64,000 bases of DNA from Phoronis australis (lineage: Eukaryota > Animalia > Phoronida). The stretch is from assembly GCA_002633005.1 (NCBI GenBank), contig NMRA01000448.1, forward strand, positions 308,286 through 372,285. Direction: 5' to 3'. The notes below the pieces were generated by a model that worked only from the letters and a program-made list of their open reading frames with translations, searched no databases and was not told the DNA's origin. Positions within the stretch are counted from its first letter, which is position 1, and the number at the start of each line of letters is the position of its first letter. Made by a program: the position numbers and the translations under genes. This document shows positions 51,801 to 63,468 of this stretch, one piece after another.

Positions 51801-54800
51801 CTTATCGATGGGTGTATGTGTTTAGCCAAATGTGTACAAAATTAGATTTTAACTCGGTAAAGGTCTATATTTTCTGAAAGTTGAAAGATTTAAAAGGATT
51901 TATTGTTGAGATTTTATCAATCTGACATTAACTGGGTCACATGACCATGTATTTTGTATTAAAATTTTGAAAAAAAGAAAGCTATATTGATAGCAAAACA
52001 ACGATATCTAAAGAGGATAAAATCTTATTCGATATAAATGATCAATTGAAATCTCAAAAATTCTTATGGTTTTCTAAGTTATCATTTTGCTTGTGTGTTT
52101 TTTCATGAAAATCTCTAATGTTATTTTTCTTAGCCCCTTGTGCAAAAGTAGATCACTGTAAAAACAACACATTAAAGGATTTTGAAGAACATTGCACAAG
52201 GCATAATAGTACCCGTATGCTCCGTATGAGTCCAGTCATTTCTAAGATTTGGTGTTCCAAAGTTTTAGCTTAGTTTGGACATAACCCTAAGGAAGTTTAA
52301 TGAAAGTTTTTGATATTTCAGACATCAGGGTCCATATAGATGCTTATGCCGCTCAGACAGGAATAACTCAGTTCCTTCAACACAATGATAAGTGGATGTA
52401 AGTAAATTGTCCTCTATGCAATTGTTCCACCTTTTGTAGAAGTTTATGGGCAAAGCATTACTGATTTAGGAACCTGTCAAGTTTGTCTAGTGGGAGACGA
52501 TTATTCAGAACACAACAGCAGATTAAAGTTTACTATCAATCATTTATTATTCTACACACACACGCAACACACATAAACTCATAACAATGATTGCTGACAC
52601 GAAAAATTATCACACTTCACAAGTGTCTCATGGGGCCCTGCACAGTGCCAAAACTCAACAGCTTGTCTGCTTCACCGATAGTCCACTGCTTCGAGCTTGA
52701 CCATTCACCAGTCATGGTTCAGTTGCGTCATAACAAAACATAAGAGTCACCACTGGTTGAATAATCAAATCAAACGAGCTTCCATAACAAACCACAGCAT
52801 AAATGCTCTTTTGAATCACAACCAGGAGGAAACTAAACAAACTGACATAGGAAGTACCTGTAGTAGCAAACAGTAAGTTGCACTTACTTGTTCCAACACA
52901 TTTCAACTGGCACGAGTACCATGTGCCGCAAACATAAGACAAAGAGCGAAGCAAAACACAAGCGCACTAATCCCAAGCAGACTGCACCAAGCAACACGTG
53001 TGTAACAGCAATATACTTGTTTGCAAGATGCTTCATGTAATGTTGAGATACTTTCAGTTGAGTTTGTTTTTTAAACTGTATTCACTGAAGAAATTATGTC
53101 GGTTCCCAGATTGCTTTTTTATTTGAAGTGGGTTCACAGCTTTTCAAAAGACAATTTATTAAAATGCCAAGCTCAGGGATTTGTTGGTGTTTACTCGCAC
53201 AACTGCTCAGGGATATACCCACTAGGTTTCAAAACCCCGCTCGCCTGCTGGGCGAGTAAGCCAGAAAATCTACTCGCCCAGCTCAAAGTTCAGTTGCCCG
53301 GCCATTTGCGTCTGTCACCACAAACTTGCTGCCAATGTCAATAAAATCATCGTTTCGTGCGTTGATGTCACCATTTATTAGGGCTACCATATTCGTCCTA
53401 ATAAGCGCCCAGGGTGCTTAGAAAAATTCGTTTCGTAAAGGGCAGGCGCTTGTTGTAGCCTAAAGCGGTTGAAACCCGGTCTTCGAAAAGGGTGATATTG
53501 GAAGCTAGGATTCACCAAATCTATGCGCTTTGATGTATCTGTTACCTATGACAGACTTTCCACAAAACTGTGGTGCATTGCTATCAAACTTCATTGTTAA
53601 ATTATGATCTTTTTCTAAAAATTGTGCTGAAATCCCAGGGCGAAAACTTTACAATTGATGAGTCGCTGCCTCGCGATCATCGATAGGGCAACTTGAATTC
53701 TTGAGTAAAAATACAATTTCAACTCAACAAATTACGTGAAACCCTCCTTAATTTTTTCAAATAGTGTCCCTAAGACTTTTAATTTCCTGTGGAATTGGGA
53801 TTAAATGCAGATTAAGTCCAAATCTGCACTAGAAAGATCGCAGCACCTCGAAATACACAAGAAAAATCAGGATGAACACACATGTTGTTGTCACGTGACG
53901 TTTGTTTTGAAGTTAGTCTACAGGTGTGCGCCGAGTGAGCGAGGGCGTGCGTCTCATCAGAGTTCATTTTCCAGCAGGCCCACATATATGTAGGCCCTAG
54001 CGCGCGCTTCTTGGCCACGTGCTCTTTAACACTGGTCAAGTTTAAATTCGGGGTTTTTACATGTACAATGCAATCCCATTGACAAGTACGCTGCGTCTGT
54101 TCTGAAAGGCCTGACCATAGTGGGACACGTTCCTAGCGAGATCAGCAACTATTGTGTCCTTTTTGAAGCACTGCCGAAGTTTGAAGTGTACAGTCACGGC
54201 GAAATACCGACATAGCGGCCAGGCTCGTGGTCTAGAAATTCTGCACACAATGATTTTCAGGACTATCGAATATTATTGTTAAATTGAAGACATTACTGTA
54301 GAATTTTAGTACTGTAGATAAGGCATTTTTAGCACACGTTCATGGACTGGGCAAAGTCAGAAAACGCGTGGCGGGCGCTTATAGGGGCATGGGCGCTTAT
54401 TAGGGCGAATATGGAATGTGTTTTCAATGTTATTACTTATAAAATAATTTTGGCTAAAATGACATTGTACATTACTATAAGAAATCATTTCCAAGAAATA
54501 TGGTATTTCGCTCATGGACTAGTCTTCCGCCTTTCCCCCCTTTGTCTTCGTTTCGGACTAGTTCACAAATTCCTTTGTGCTTGACCACACACTGTGATCT
54601 TTCGTCTGGACGAATCGCGTAACGGGTGACATCTGCTGAATCGGTTGGAGCGCACTGCACCGATACGCTGCCGGACCATCGACACGCTGATGAAACTGAA
54701 CATTAAATTTATGATAAAAACAGCGCAAGGGGGAGAAAATTTATTCATGTTCATCTGGGAAACGATAGAGTGCTTTTGCGCTCTGAAAATTCGCTCGCCA

Positions 54801-55478
54801 CCTGGGCGACCGGCAAGTCAACTTCTACTCGCCCAGCACCATTTTTACTCGCATGAAATGACCATCGGGGTTAAGCCAAGTCATTGAGCTCGGTCTCGAG
54901 CAATAACCAACAGTTTGTACTTCAGAAATGCCCAAGCCCGCGTCTAATCACTGTACTAGAATCTTTACTCAAAAATTTACTTCCTGAATGGTACGCTTTG
55001 AATGAACTTACAAGTTTGTAATTGCATTACATGGCGTGAATGTGAGTTTGGAGATTATCAGACTCTGGGTCCAGAAGTCACTCCTAGTGTGATTAAGAAA
55101 CATTTGGATTACTGTTCAGTTATTTTTTGACAAAAGTTAAGTTTACAGTTATTAAGTAGCTTTATATTAACCATTTTTTAAATTATTTTAATTCTTCTCA
55201 GGTACGACAAAAGTGAGACACTGTTACCTACCTCCAGACGTATGGTGAACTCAATGCAATATGCCATAGCAAGGGTGGGTGATAACCAGCAGGCAGAAGA
55301 GGCGAGATGGGGCAATACACATGTGATCGTGGGAGAAATATCATCCTTCCATGGCATTACTTTTGATATTAAGAAGGCTCCGCCATTTGAGATTCACAAG
55401 AAGACAAAAATCATAATATTTCAAAATAAGAAATATTTGCAAACAAAATTGGGATCTGAATATAGTTTTAATATGTAA
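42670..55478 (+). CDS. ALG12: Dol-P-Man:Man7GlcNAc2-PP-Dol alpha-1,6-mannosyltransferase (GT22); 9 coding exons, 1512 nt, ~503 aa
   Basis: Exons 42670-42804, 43811-43964, 44710-44883, 45234-45428, 46179-46282, 49626-49852, 50885-51054, 52322-52397, 55202-55478 join in frame. Signature motifs [120 protein letters not shown]. Confidence 0.96.
43266..43307 (-). ncRNA. Minimal type I hammerhead ribozyme (Penelope-like pLTR fragment ~43210-43400)
   Basis: CAC-CTGACGA-T-GGCCGG(AGAAGAGA)CCGACC-GAAACGTC-GTG on the minus strand. Confidence 0.72.
43430..43651 (-). repeat. 5' fragment of the same HINE family (another fragment at ~55865-56150, minus)
   Basis: Reverse complement of AACAAGAGCAACGTGGAGCATGAAAATGCACCCAC... 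Confidence 0.6.
43811..43964 (+). CDS. ALG12: ALG12 coding exon 2
   Basis: [17 protein letters not shown]; |GTAAGC donor. Confidence 0.94.
44710..44883 (+). CDS. ALG12: ALG12 coding exon 3 (missed by the ORF track)
   Basis: VRGMLG...[19 protein letters not shown]; TTCTAG| acceptor, |GTGAGT donor. Confidence 0.93.
45234..45428 (+). CDS. ALG12: ALG12 coding exon 4
   Basis: [13 protein letters not shown]; TTCAG| acceptor, |GTGAGT donor. Confidence 0.92.
46179..46282 (+). CDS. ALG12: ALG12 coding exon 5 (missed by the ORF track)
   Basis: [34 protein letters not shown]; U12-type donor GTATCCTTT. Confidence 0.94.
46500..46680. repeat. Degenerate short tandem repeat (GTGTAAAACGTGGC-like)
   Basis: Visible periodic GTAAAAC/GTGGC units. 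Confidence 0.7.
47170..48150 (-). mobile_element. Degenerate non-LTR retrotransposon (LINE) ORF2 3' part inside the U12 intron
   Basis: Minus-strand frames: [36 protein letters not shown]; [23 protein letters not shown]; [11 protein letters not shown]; VEDEYHFLL. Confidence 0.8.
49626..49852 (+). CDS. ALG12: ALG12 coding exon 6
   Basis: [16 protein letters not shown]...[11 protein letters not shown]; |GTAAGT donor. Confidence 0.94.
50885..51054 (+). CDS. ALG12: ALG12 coding exon 7
   Basis: IKNRHKG...[12 protein letters not shown]; |GTGAGT donor. Confidence 0.92.
52322..52397 (+). CDS. ALG12: ALG12 coding exon 8
   Basis: [24 protein letters not shown]; |GTAAGT donor. Confidence 0.92.
53385..54416. 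mobile_element. pogo/Tigger-like TIR element carrying a HIRAN pseudogene, nested in another repeat (53205-54870)
   Basis: TIRs TACCATATTCGTCCTAATAAGCGCCC / GGGCGCTTATTAGGGCGAATATGGAA; related partial copies at ~37245-37460, 57150-57240 and 59700-60028. Confidence 0.62.
54063..54265 (+). pseudogene. HIRAN-domain remnant
   Basis: [29 protein letters not shown] / frameshift / [27 protein letters not shown]. Confidence 0.62.
55202..55478 (+). CDS. ALG12: ALG12 terminal coding exon
   Basis: YDKSE after conserved W; TAA at 55476-55478; AATAAA at 55487-55492. Confidence 0.88.
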
Positions 55479-55565
55479 TCTGATAAAATAAATATTTGAA
55501 ATTACTATTGTTCAATAGACTATTGACAACAGCTCTGGCCATGAGTTCTGCCATACAGTGAGCCA

Positions 55566-55748
55566 TTATCGCATTACATCCAGGTTCTCATTCATTCCCT
55601 TGCATACATACACTAGTAAGACGGAGCTCAGAGAAGTACGAGACATCTTTGTGCAATGCTCGATTGTCAGCCAGTGAAGCCAGGATTCGAAGCCGGGTCT
55701 CCCAAACGGGAGTCTGGAAATCAAACCTGTAAGCCACGCTGTCTCCTC
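55566..55748 (-). mobile_element. tRNA-derived SINE just past the ALG12 3' end
   Basis: Minus strand: GTGGCTTACAGG (A-box-like), GGCTTCGAATCC (B-box-like), followed by a SINE body. Confidence 0.5.
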
Positions 55749-56445
55749 CACCGGGACTCCCCCCTAATGTCAGTATAGGTTTTCCTATGACCCTGTCAGC
55801 ACTAACAATGATTAAGTTATAATCAAAATAAAAATGTTGTTTTACAATATCCAGTAGGCCTAATGTATATGCGGAATCATGGGGTGCCTATTATGTGAAG
55901 CGCTATCTGCGCCCCCTTCTGGTAATTTGCATTCATTTTGCATCTGTTTTTGATGTGAGACACTTTTTGTGAAATTTCATAGATGTGCTCCTATTGAGAT
56001 GAGCACGGCAGACATTGAATTTCGGAGTGTCACTATTATTGTGGCACCCCCAAGTGGCATTTTGGTTGTGTCTCAATGTCTATCAAATTCCTTTATAGAT
56101 CTTCATAAAATTTGGTGTTGACTTTGGGACGATTCCAACTACTGTGATGTAGCTTAATGTTGTCTAGGACCTTAAATAAAGGACCTCAACTCTTAAGTAA
56201 AAATTGAAAAAACTATAACAAGGCAAGAGCTGAAGTTTCCTTACATGCCAAATTGGGTGAACAGTCGTCCAGTTCGAGCATTGGTAGTATACACAACAGA
56301 ACCTAGATGCCACTGAGGTTGTCTAGGACCTTAATAAACAACACCAACAGTAAGTCAAATATAGAAAAACTAACACTATGTTTTGTCAACCATTAACAGT
56401 TTCCATTTTCTGAAAGGAGAAATGCTGAGGATTATATGCTTCATA

Positions 56446-56609
56446 TAGTTGAGTCGAAAAATGGCCCCCCGTGCACCCCCCGGACTTCAACTTTTAAGTT
56501 GCATTTTTGCAAAGAAAAATATGTGTGAAAACCAGAAAAGATGTTTAACAAGCCGAAAAAGTGTTAAAGTTCCGGGGGGTGCAGGGGGGGCCATTTTTCG
56601 ACTAGACTA
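56446..56609. mobile_element. Small MITE with ~45-bp TIRs
   Basis: TAGTTGAGTCGAAAAATGGCCCCCCGTGCACCCCCCGGA vs TCCGGGGGGTGCAGGGGGGGCCATTTTTCGACTAGACTA. Confidence 0.7.
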
Positions 56610-56669
56610 ATACTACTGTGTCTGTATTATTGTCATGTTATTATTATTATTATGTGACCACGTTTGTAA

Positions 56670-56890
56670 GTCAATTTTTCATGTGCAAGAAAGGTACATT
56701 ATTTTATAGCAAAATACCCCTCCCCCAGCCCATTTTACGACTGGGGGAGGGGGTTATTTTGCCATGAATGTACCTTCCTTGCACAAGAAAATTTGACATA
56801 ACGTGGTCACGCAACAATAATAAAGACAGTAGTAAGAAGCATATTTTTAGAATCCTCGTTCCTTCTACATTTGGAAAATATACAGACGTT
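56670..56890. repeat. Palindromic repeat family, also at ~20530-20735 and ~40310
   Basis: TGTGCAAGAAAGGTACATT...AATGTACCTTCCTTGCACA; shared downstream GCATATTTTTAGAATCCTCG. Confidence 0.6.
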
Positions 56891-57150
56891 ACCAGTACTC
56901 ACACCCGACCCCCTTTACGACGACGTGAACCAGTTCGTTTTAAGGACTATGTTAGATATTGACTTTGTTGTAAGATTTTCTCGTTTCATGGATGGTATGA
57001 AAACTGACATTATGAGTTTTCTCCTTTTAGCAAAGGGGATGTTTATAGCTGGTATAGTTTACATATACAACGCCAGGTGTCCTTGCAGTCAGTTCTTTAT
57101 ATGCTCAGTGTCGATGTAAGAGTGTTCAGTTTTGTGTTCGTAATTAAGCT
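56890..57150 (+). mobile_element. Gypsy-like LTR retrotransposon 3' remnant
   Basis: Pol-end motif RPPLRRREPVRFKDYVRY*, purine tract AGCAAAGGGGA followed by TGTT (LTR start ~57040). Confidence 0.5.
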
Positions 57151-58326
57151 ACAGTACTCGTCCGGGTTACTGCCCAGGGCGCTTAAATTGGGAATCTGAA
57201 AAAAAGGGGGGTGGGCCATAAGTCGAGCATGGGCGGTTAAAATCGAAATTTTTGAAGTCGGGAGTGGGTGATTTTACCCTCACAGAGCTACACTGACGTG
57301 GGACTTCAAGCATGTCAGTTAAAATATACGTCAGCGGATTGAAGTAACGGACTTTGACGGGCTGAAGTGGAATAGCGCACACGATACAGTGGTGCCGTGA
57401 TCCCCAGTGTGATTGGGTTTTTACGTACCTCGCTCGCTGCTCGTCATGTCTTGGAATTGAGGTATTCTTACAGATAGACGTGCCTTCAGTAGGCAAGTTT
57501 CTTGAGAGAAAAGCAAGATCACACAAGACTTTGCTAGATCGTCATGTATAGCTACGGGAGGCAGGTGATTTTGTAAAGATATGCTGCTGCCAGTTACCTT
57601 GGCAACCAAACACATGCTAATGATTGACAGCCGGTCTTTCTTCTAAATACTTTGAACCTAGTTTGAACAATGTAACAGTTTATGTTCATTTTATATACGT
57701 TATATATATTTTCTTTCTGTGTTGAAGAGCCAACACTGACCTGCCAGAATTTGTTCAAAGCACGTGCTCAACAATCGGATGATACTATTAGGCAATAGGG
57801 GTGGTCAGTCAGCTGCGAAAATAATGAAGCAAAAACACATCATGTAAAAAGTCAACAGGCAAATCAAGAATTCAAAAAAAATCAGTTTTTGACCACGTAG
57901 ATGTGGATAGAATGTTCGACTTGCGCTTAATTACAAGTTGATTTCTTGCGTTGTTGCTTTTGGTTGGGCGCTTCCATTTTGGTGTCAGCAGTAAGTCATT
58001 ATAAACATTTAACGACGACATGGAACAATGGCTCGTATCAGCTTGTATTCAAAACAACACGTCCAAAATAATGTCGGTGGAGTTTCCAAAATCGTTTTTC
58101 ATGTACCAGCTGAGTGTGGTCGTGTTTTTTTATTTCATTGCTCAGGGTGGTGATGTTTCATGTACTGTTACGGAGAATCCACTATAATTTCAGCATTATC
58201 AAAATGCATCTCTGAAACAACATAGACTGTGTAATCTAAAACATATTATTATTGTTTATTATTGTTTATTATTGTCAACAAATACACATACCGGAATTAC
58301 TGTGCTTACAAAATACAAAAGAACCA

Positions 58327-61300
58327 CTATTCCTTTAACTGAGATTCAAACATCTCCTTGAGTATACCTAAAGATTCCGCATATCGCGATTCATTCAAGT
58401 GGGCCTGTTTTCTCCATCTGAAAACAAAAGCACAGAAGCATTAACAGGCTGACAAAGACTGCATTTTCCACGTAACTAAACACTCACTGATTATTACAAC
58501 TAAGTTTTTATGTTTAACTTGAGACCTCTATTTCAGCTTAATTCGGTACATTCGCGGTGCAGATTTGCCTATGGAAGTGGGCCCCAAATGCTCAAACTTT
58601 GGATTCTGCCGGGTCTCGATCTTATCCGCAAGGAATCCCAACCAAACCAACTAGCTTTTTGAGTCTATTTTATTCGAACTTTAACGTTTTTCAGCATATT
58701 ATTCTTGCTTCTATGCTGTTTGGGTTATTTGTCAAAATAGAGATGACAACGGAAGCTAACGATGAGTTTGTGGATTTGTATTTTATATTTAGCGTATACT
58801 AAACTCGGTATATTTGTCTACTTCTCTCTAGTTTCACTCTCTCTATTAGTTGTCATCATGGTTCTCTCGTATGCGATACGAACAAGTGAAAAAGTACACA
58901 ACGCTGCAAATATTTTTATCGGCTACGAACAGTCGATTTTAGATGCTAGTTAGATCGGTGCTGGTCGCTCCACCGATTCGCGTTACACATGATAGGAGCA
59001 TATCTGCAGGTATATCCCTGTACCATGCAATACTTACTTTTCCCTTATCACTTTCCACCTGTCCATGTGATCTAGTAACAATTGAGTTGGGTTCGCTGCT
59101 GTATCAAGCTCCTAGAAAAGGTATACAACAGAAAAATTCAGGTAATAAGAGGCTTCACAAAAAATAAGGAGGTCATAACCACACAGAAACATGTCACAGA
59201 GTGGCTAAACTGCCACATGCCGCCTAAAAATATATTCACTTAAGGCTACAATATTACCTAGTAGTGAACTTTGTGTAGAGATAAGCCAGATGAATATTTA
59301 CAACATTCTATTTCCAACATACTGGAAAATGACCCTTCGATTACATCATTCAATTACAACTCGCAACATTTTCAAATGAGAAAATTTTACTTTATACGGA
59401 GCATGCTGTGATGTAGCATCAATATTCCTTGCTATGACCTTTGAATGAGGTCAGCGCCACCTGTAGCCTGGAGATGTCCATCTTACACCCAGAACAAAAT
59501 GTAAGGCTTCCTTCTTGAGATACTGTGTCTATAACATGTTGAGTATAACTCTTTAAATTTCTAGATCTTATATGAGCTTTAAAAGGAAGTTAAGGAAATT
59601 AGGTCGCAGATTTGGACTTTCTATCCAGACTCCACAGGAACTCAAAAATCTTAGGGATGCTATTTCGAAAACTTAAGGAGGACTTCAAGTAATTAGTAGA
59701 GTCGAAACTATATTTTTACTCATGAATTCAAGTTGATCTATTGGCGATCGTGAGGCAGTGACGCATCAGTCGGCAGGTTTTCGCACTGGGATTTTCTGAA
59801 AAATGCTCTAAATTTAACGACAAATTTTGATAGCAATGCACTGCAGTTTTGTAGACACTCTATCATAGGTTACAGAAGCATCACAGAGCGTAAATTTTAT
59901 GAATTCTAGCTTACGATTTCACCTATTTCGGAGACCGGGTTTCAACCACTTTGGGCAATAATAAGCGTCCCCCTTCCTGAAGTGAATTTTTATAAGCGCC
60001 ATAGGCGCTTATTAGCGTGAATACGGTAGGCGCAAAAAACATAACTGCCACTAAGAGGCGCCACAGCAGATAAAGTTGTAGGAAAATCGTCATCAGACCT
60101 CCTCTTCACATTAGGAACATACACGCCAATTTCCACAATCATCCTTAGAGTGGTTTGGTTGACAGAGGGGTAGATAACAAAAAAGTTAACTCAAAAACAG
60201 TAAAAATGGCCAAAAGATTGTGCAGAATGCCTTGAATTCAAATGAAAACCGCATGATAGCGTCACTTCACTGATAGATGCCTATCTGCCAAATTTTTTGA
60301 AAATCCATTGACGATCTTTGAAGATACAAGGTAAACGTAAAAAAAGTAAAACTGCCACTAGGGGTCACACCGGTAACCCGATCCATACGAAAGTCGTCAT
60401 CCTCTGTTGACAAGTTCATATAAATACAGCAGCAAAATTCAATGAAGATCCTATAGAATGTTTAAGAGATACAGCCACAGGCGTAAAAACAAATAAAACT
60501 GCCACTAGGAGGTGCCACAGAAGTCGAACTCATCGAAAAATCATTGTCAGCTGCCCTCTTCACAACAAGAATATACATGCCAATTTTCAAAATCATCCCT
60601 AGAGTGGTTTGGTTGATAGAAGGGCGGATGCCAAAAACAGATTCGAAAACATTAAAAATGGCCACTAGGTGGTGCAAAGTACCTCGAATCCATACAAAAA
60701 CGCGAGGATGACATCATCTCACTTATAGGTGCCTAACTGCCAAATTTTAAGAAAATCCGTTGAGGACCTCCCAAGATACACAGCTAAGCGTAAAAAACCT
60801 AAAATTGCCACTAGGGGGCACACCAGTAGTCAGAGAGGTCGTCATCTCCATAGAAACACATCTCCTAAATCTCATCAAGATCCTATGAGGGGTTCAGGAG
60901 ATACAGCCATGGGCGAAAAAACAAACAAAACTACCACTACGAGACTCCACAGTAGTCAAAATCGTCGGAAAATCATCGTCAGCTGGCCTCTTCACAGTAA
61001 AAACACATGAGGCAATTTTCAAAATCATCCCTAGAGCTGTTTGGTTGATAGAAGAGCGAACTCAAAAACAGTAAAAATGGCCACTACGTGGCGCAAAGTA
61101 CCTCGAATTCGTACGAAAACAGACGGATAGCATCATCTCACTAATAGATGTCTAACTGACAAATTTTATGAAAATCCGTTGAGGACCTCCGAAGATACTG
61201 ACGTAAGCGTAAAAAAATAAATGACCACTAGGGGGCACACCGGCAATCGGAGAGGCCCGAAATTCATCTTCGTCCGTTGTCAGCTTCACAGGAACACATC

Positions 61301-61684
61301 TGCCAAATCTCAAAATCCTGTGAAGGGTTTAGGAGATACAGTTGTGGGTGCATAAAAACTAAAATTGCCACTCGGAGCAAACTGGTAGTCGGATTTGTTA
61401 GAAATTCATCGTCGTCCGTCGTCAGCTTTGAAAGGAACACACAGATACTCAGACAAGGATGACGGCAGTATGCACCCACACATAAATATAACAAGGATTT
61501 GAAGAAAAGCATCTTGAGCCAATTGTAATTGATTAATAACACTTACAGTAGTAATGTCCGTGTGACCTTCTGGGACAGGCATTGGAGAGGGAACACGAAG
61601 GTCTATAGGCTCACCGCTACCTTCATGTTTGATCATGACTGGCCGGGGGAGGCAGTACACATCTCTAGACCTGTTCTCATCCTG
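58327..61684 (-). CDS. LIN37: LIN37 (MuvB/DREAM complex subunit), last three exons; 5' part not found in this window
   Basis: Exons 61684-61547, 59111-59038, 58417-58327 splice (AG/GTAAGT) to QDENRSRDVYCLPRP...LRVPSP...|ELDTAANPTQLLLDHMDRWKVIREK|WRKQAHLNESRYAESLGILKEMFESQLKE*. This matches the recalled human LIN37 C-terminus (SRDVYKLPPP...RIPSP...[37 protein letters not shown]). AATAAA copies (minus) at ~58256-58271. Confidence 0.9.
60029..61490 (+). mobile_element. HINE/Pearl-like copy in a LIN37 intron
   Basis: Higher-order units starting at ~60140, 60594 and 61026; end motif GATGACGGCAGTATGCACCCAC. Confidence 0.68.
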
Positions 61685-61959
61685 CTGTGAGAAAATGGAG
61701 GTCAACATACTGGAGTTAAAAGATCATTCACGAAATGGCAACCACAAAAAATCAATTTACTGCACAATTCTTGCTATTGTTACACCCCTCAGTACATGTG
61801 AGCAAACTATTTGGATTTTTCAATTCAGACATGTTGGATTCACAGCATTTTTACCACAATTCAGGTTTTGTAATTTACAAGAAAGAAATGTTCTACGAAC
61901 AGGTTTGTCGTCTCTTATGGTTGCTGAGGAGTTGGAACAGAATGTTCCAAACATCACGT

Positions 61960-62230
61960 ATATGAATGCCTCTGTTGTCGGTGACAGTTTGGGGGCGGAG
62001 ATATATTTCTTGCCATTTCTCTTCCCCATACCAGTAGTTTCAGTTCCTAACATCTTCCTGATTCTCTTCATTCATACCTAACAGGCACACATACAATTAG
62101 TTGCTAGTTTCATGACCTCAGAAAATTGTGCATTAAAAGTGCCGATGGCAAAGAGATCAAGTCCAGCCTTCATATTTTGACGATAGATCCCTTTCCAAAT
62201 CCTTAGTAGCATGCCACCGTGTTACACCCC
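61960..62230 (-). pseudogene. Second Academ-like XPG-domain transposon remnant
   Basis: GCNTVACY*GFGKG...AGLDLFAIG..NA..EVMKLAT...APKLSPTTEAF with stops and frameshifts (GCDT..GxGK H3TH-like motif, PPT motif). Confidence 0.55.
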
Positions 62231-62259
62231 TCAACGCCAGAAATATCTGACATAGGCAG

Positions 62260-62410
62260 TGCGCATGCGCAGCCAGCCGCTAACTATTCCCCATTTTCAC
62301 GAATGAAAGACGTCGCTCTAGTCGGTTTAGCGACTGGTCTTTCACATATGGCACATCACATTTACGAAATACCGCGAAAAACGGGTGATGAGGCTGGATC
62401 TCGCGAGATC
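62260..62410. promoter_or_regulatory. CpG-rich patch with NRF1-type and BANP/ZBTB33-type palindromes
   Basis: TGCGCATGCGCA at 62260-62271; GATCTCGCGAGATC at 62397-62410. Confidence 0.4.
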
Positions 62411-63407
62411 ATATCGGTTCGTATCCGCGCCAAATAAACCGCAAAAAAAAACGTTTCGTCATTGTTGTAATTTGAATGTGTTTTGTAGCAGTTAGGACTA
62501 AGTTCTTAAAAATGGTAATTATAATCCTTGTAGATGAGAAAATCCGTGTTCGTCGACTCGTTTACCTATCAAAACAAAGACTTATCTCCCTTGTCATGCA
62601 AACTCGGGTATTCCCTGTCAATGGAATCCCCGAGTAGAATCGCGACGAATGCGGACGATATTGGAGTATCTGTAGTATTAACTGAAGCAATTTTAAAACG
62701 AAAAACATCATTGAAACGGTTTAGTTATCACTAAGTGAACATAAAATGTTCACTGTGCGATTAACTAGCAGAAGAAGCACAGTTGACTGGTCAACTAATT
62801 GCGCTATTGACGTTTCCTCACTGAACTGCAATTTGCCAAGTTTGCTTCTTAGCCCTGTAGTTCACCAAACTTTAGTACATCTTTGCCGTGCACTAATTAC
62901 AATACCAGAATAGCAACATTTTTGCTAGACATTAGTGATGATGATACTGCCAAGAAACTAGTGGTGACTTCCAGTTTTGTAGTACTGTTCCAGTGGCAGA
63001 TCAGGGACCAGAAGGGGGGCCCCCCAACATGTTGCCTCCTGGAATTGCGCAGAGCACGGTTGTATGTGTATAGGCGTCCCGAAAGTTGCGGTGGCCTGGA
63101 GTATGAACCTTCTGTTCGGGAAATCTATCGACTAAAAAAAATTAGAAATAAAAAAACGGGAACGAGAGCCAGCCACGATCTGGGGTCTGAGTCCCCCCCC
63201 CCNCCCCCCCCCCCCTTCTCCAGTACCGGTCCTAGTTATATTTCCTCTCGCGTTGGGCTCTTGCTGTTTCATTTTGCTTGCGGCAGCCCCTGACCCCCTA
63301 AATGCGCCTATGTGTTTCAATTAGTGATATAAGTAAAGGAAATTATCAAGTAATGTATGCTAACCCCGAGGCTCTGACATCAACAAGTGATGGTGTGAAA
63401 CGCTTGA

Positions 63408-63468
63408 AAAACAAGGAATTAGCTTCCAAAACAAGGAATTAGCTTCCAAAACAAGGAATTAGCTTCCA
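63408..63468. repeat. 20-bp tandem repeat x3
   Basis: AAAACAAGGAATTAGCTTCC. Confidence 0.9.

Noticed and set aside
61629-62081. Longest plus-strand ORF (150 aa)
   Set aside because: No recognisable family; it is antisense to a LIN37 exon and an Academ-like remnant.
62883-63293. 136-aa ORF with poly-Pro
   Set aside because: Runs through a MITE with a poly-C tract containing an N; no homology recognised.
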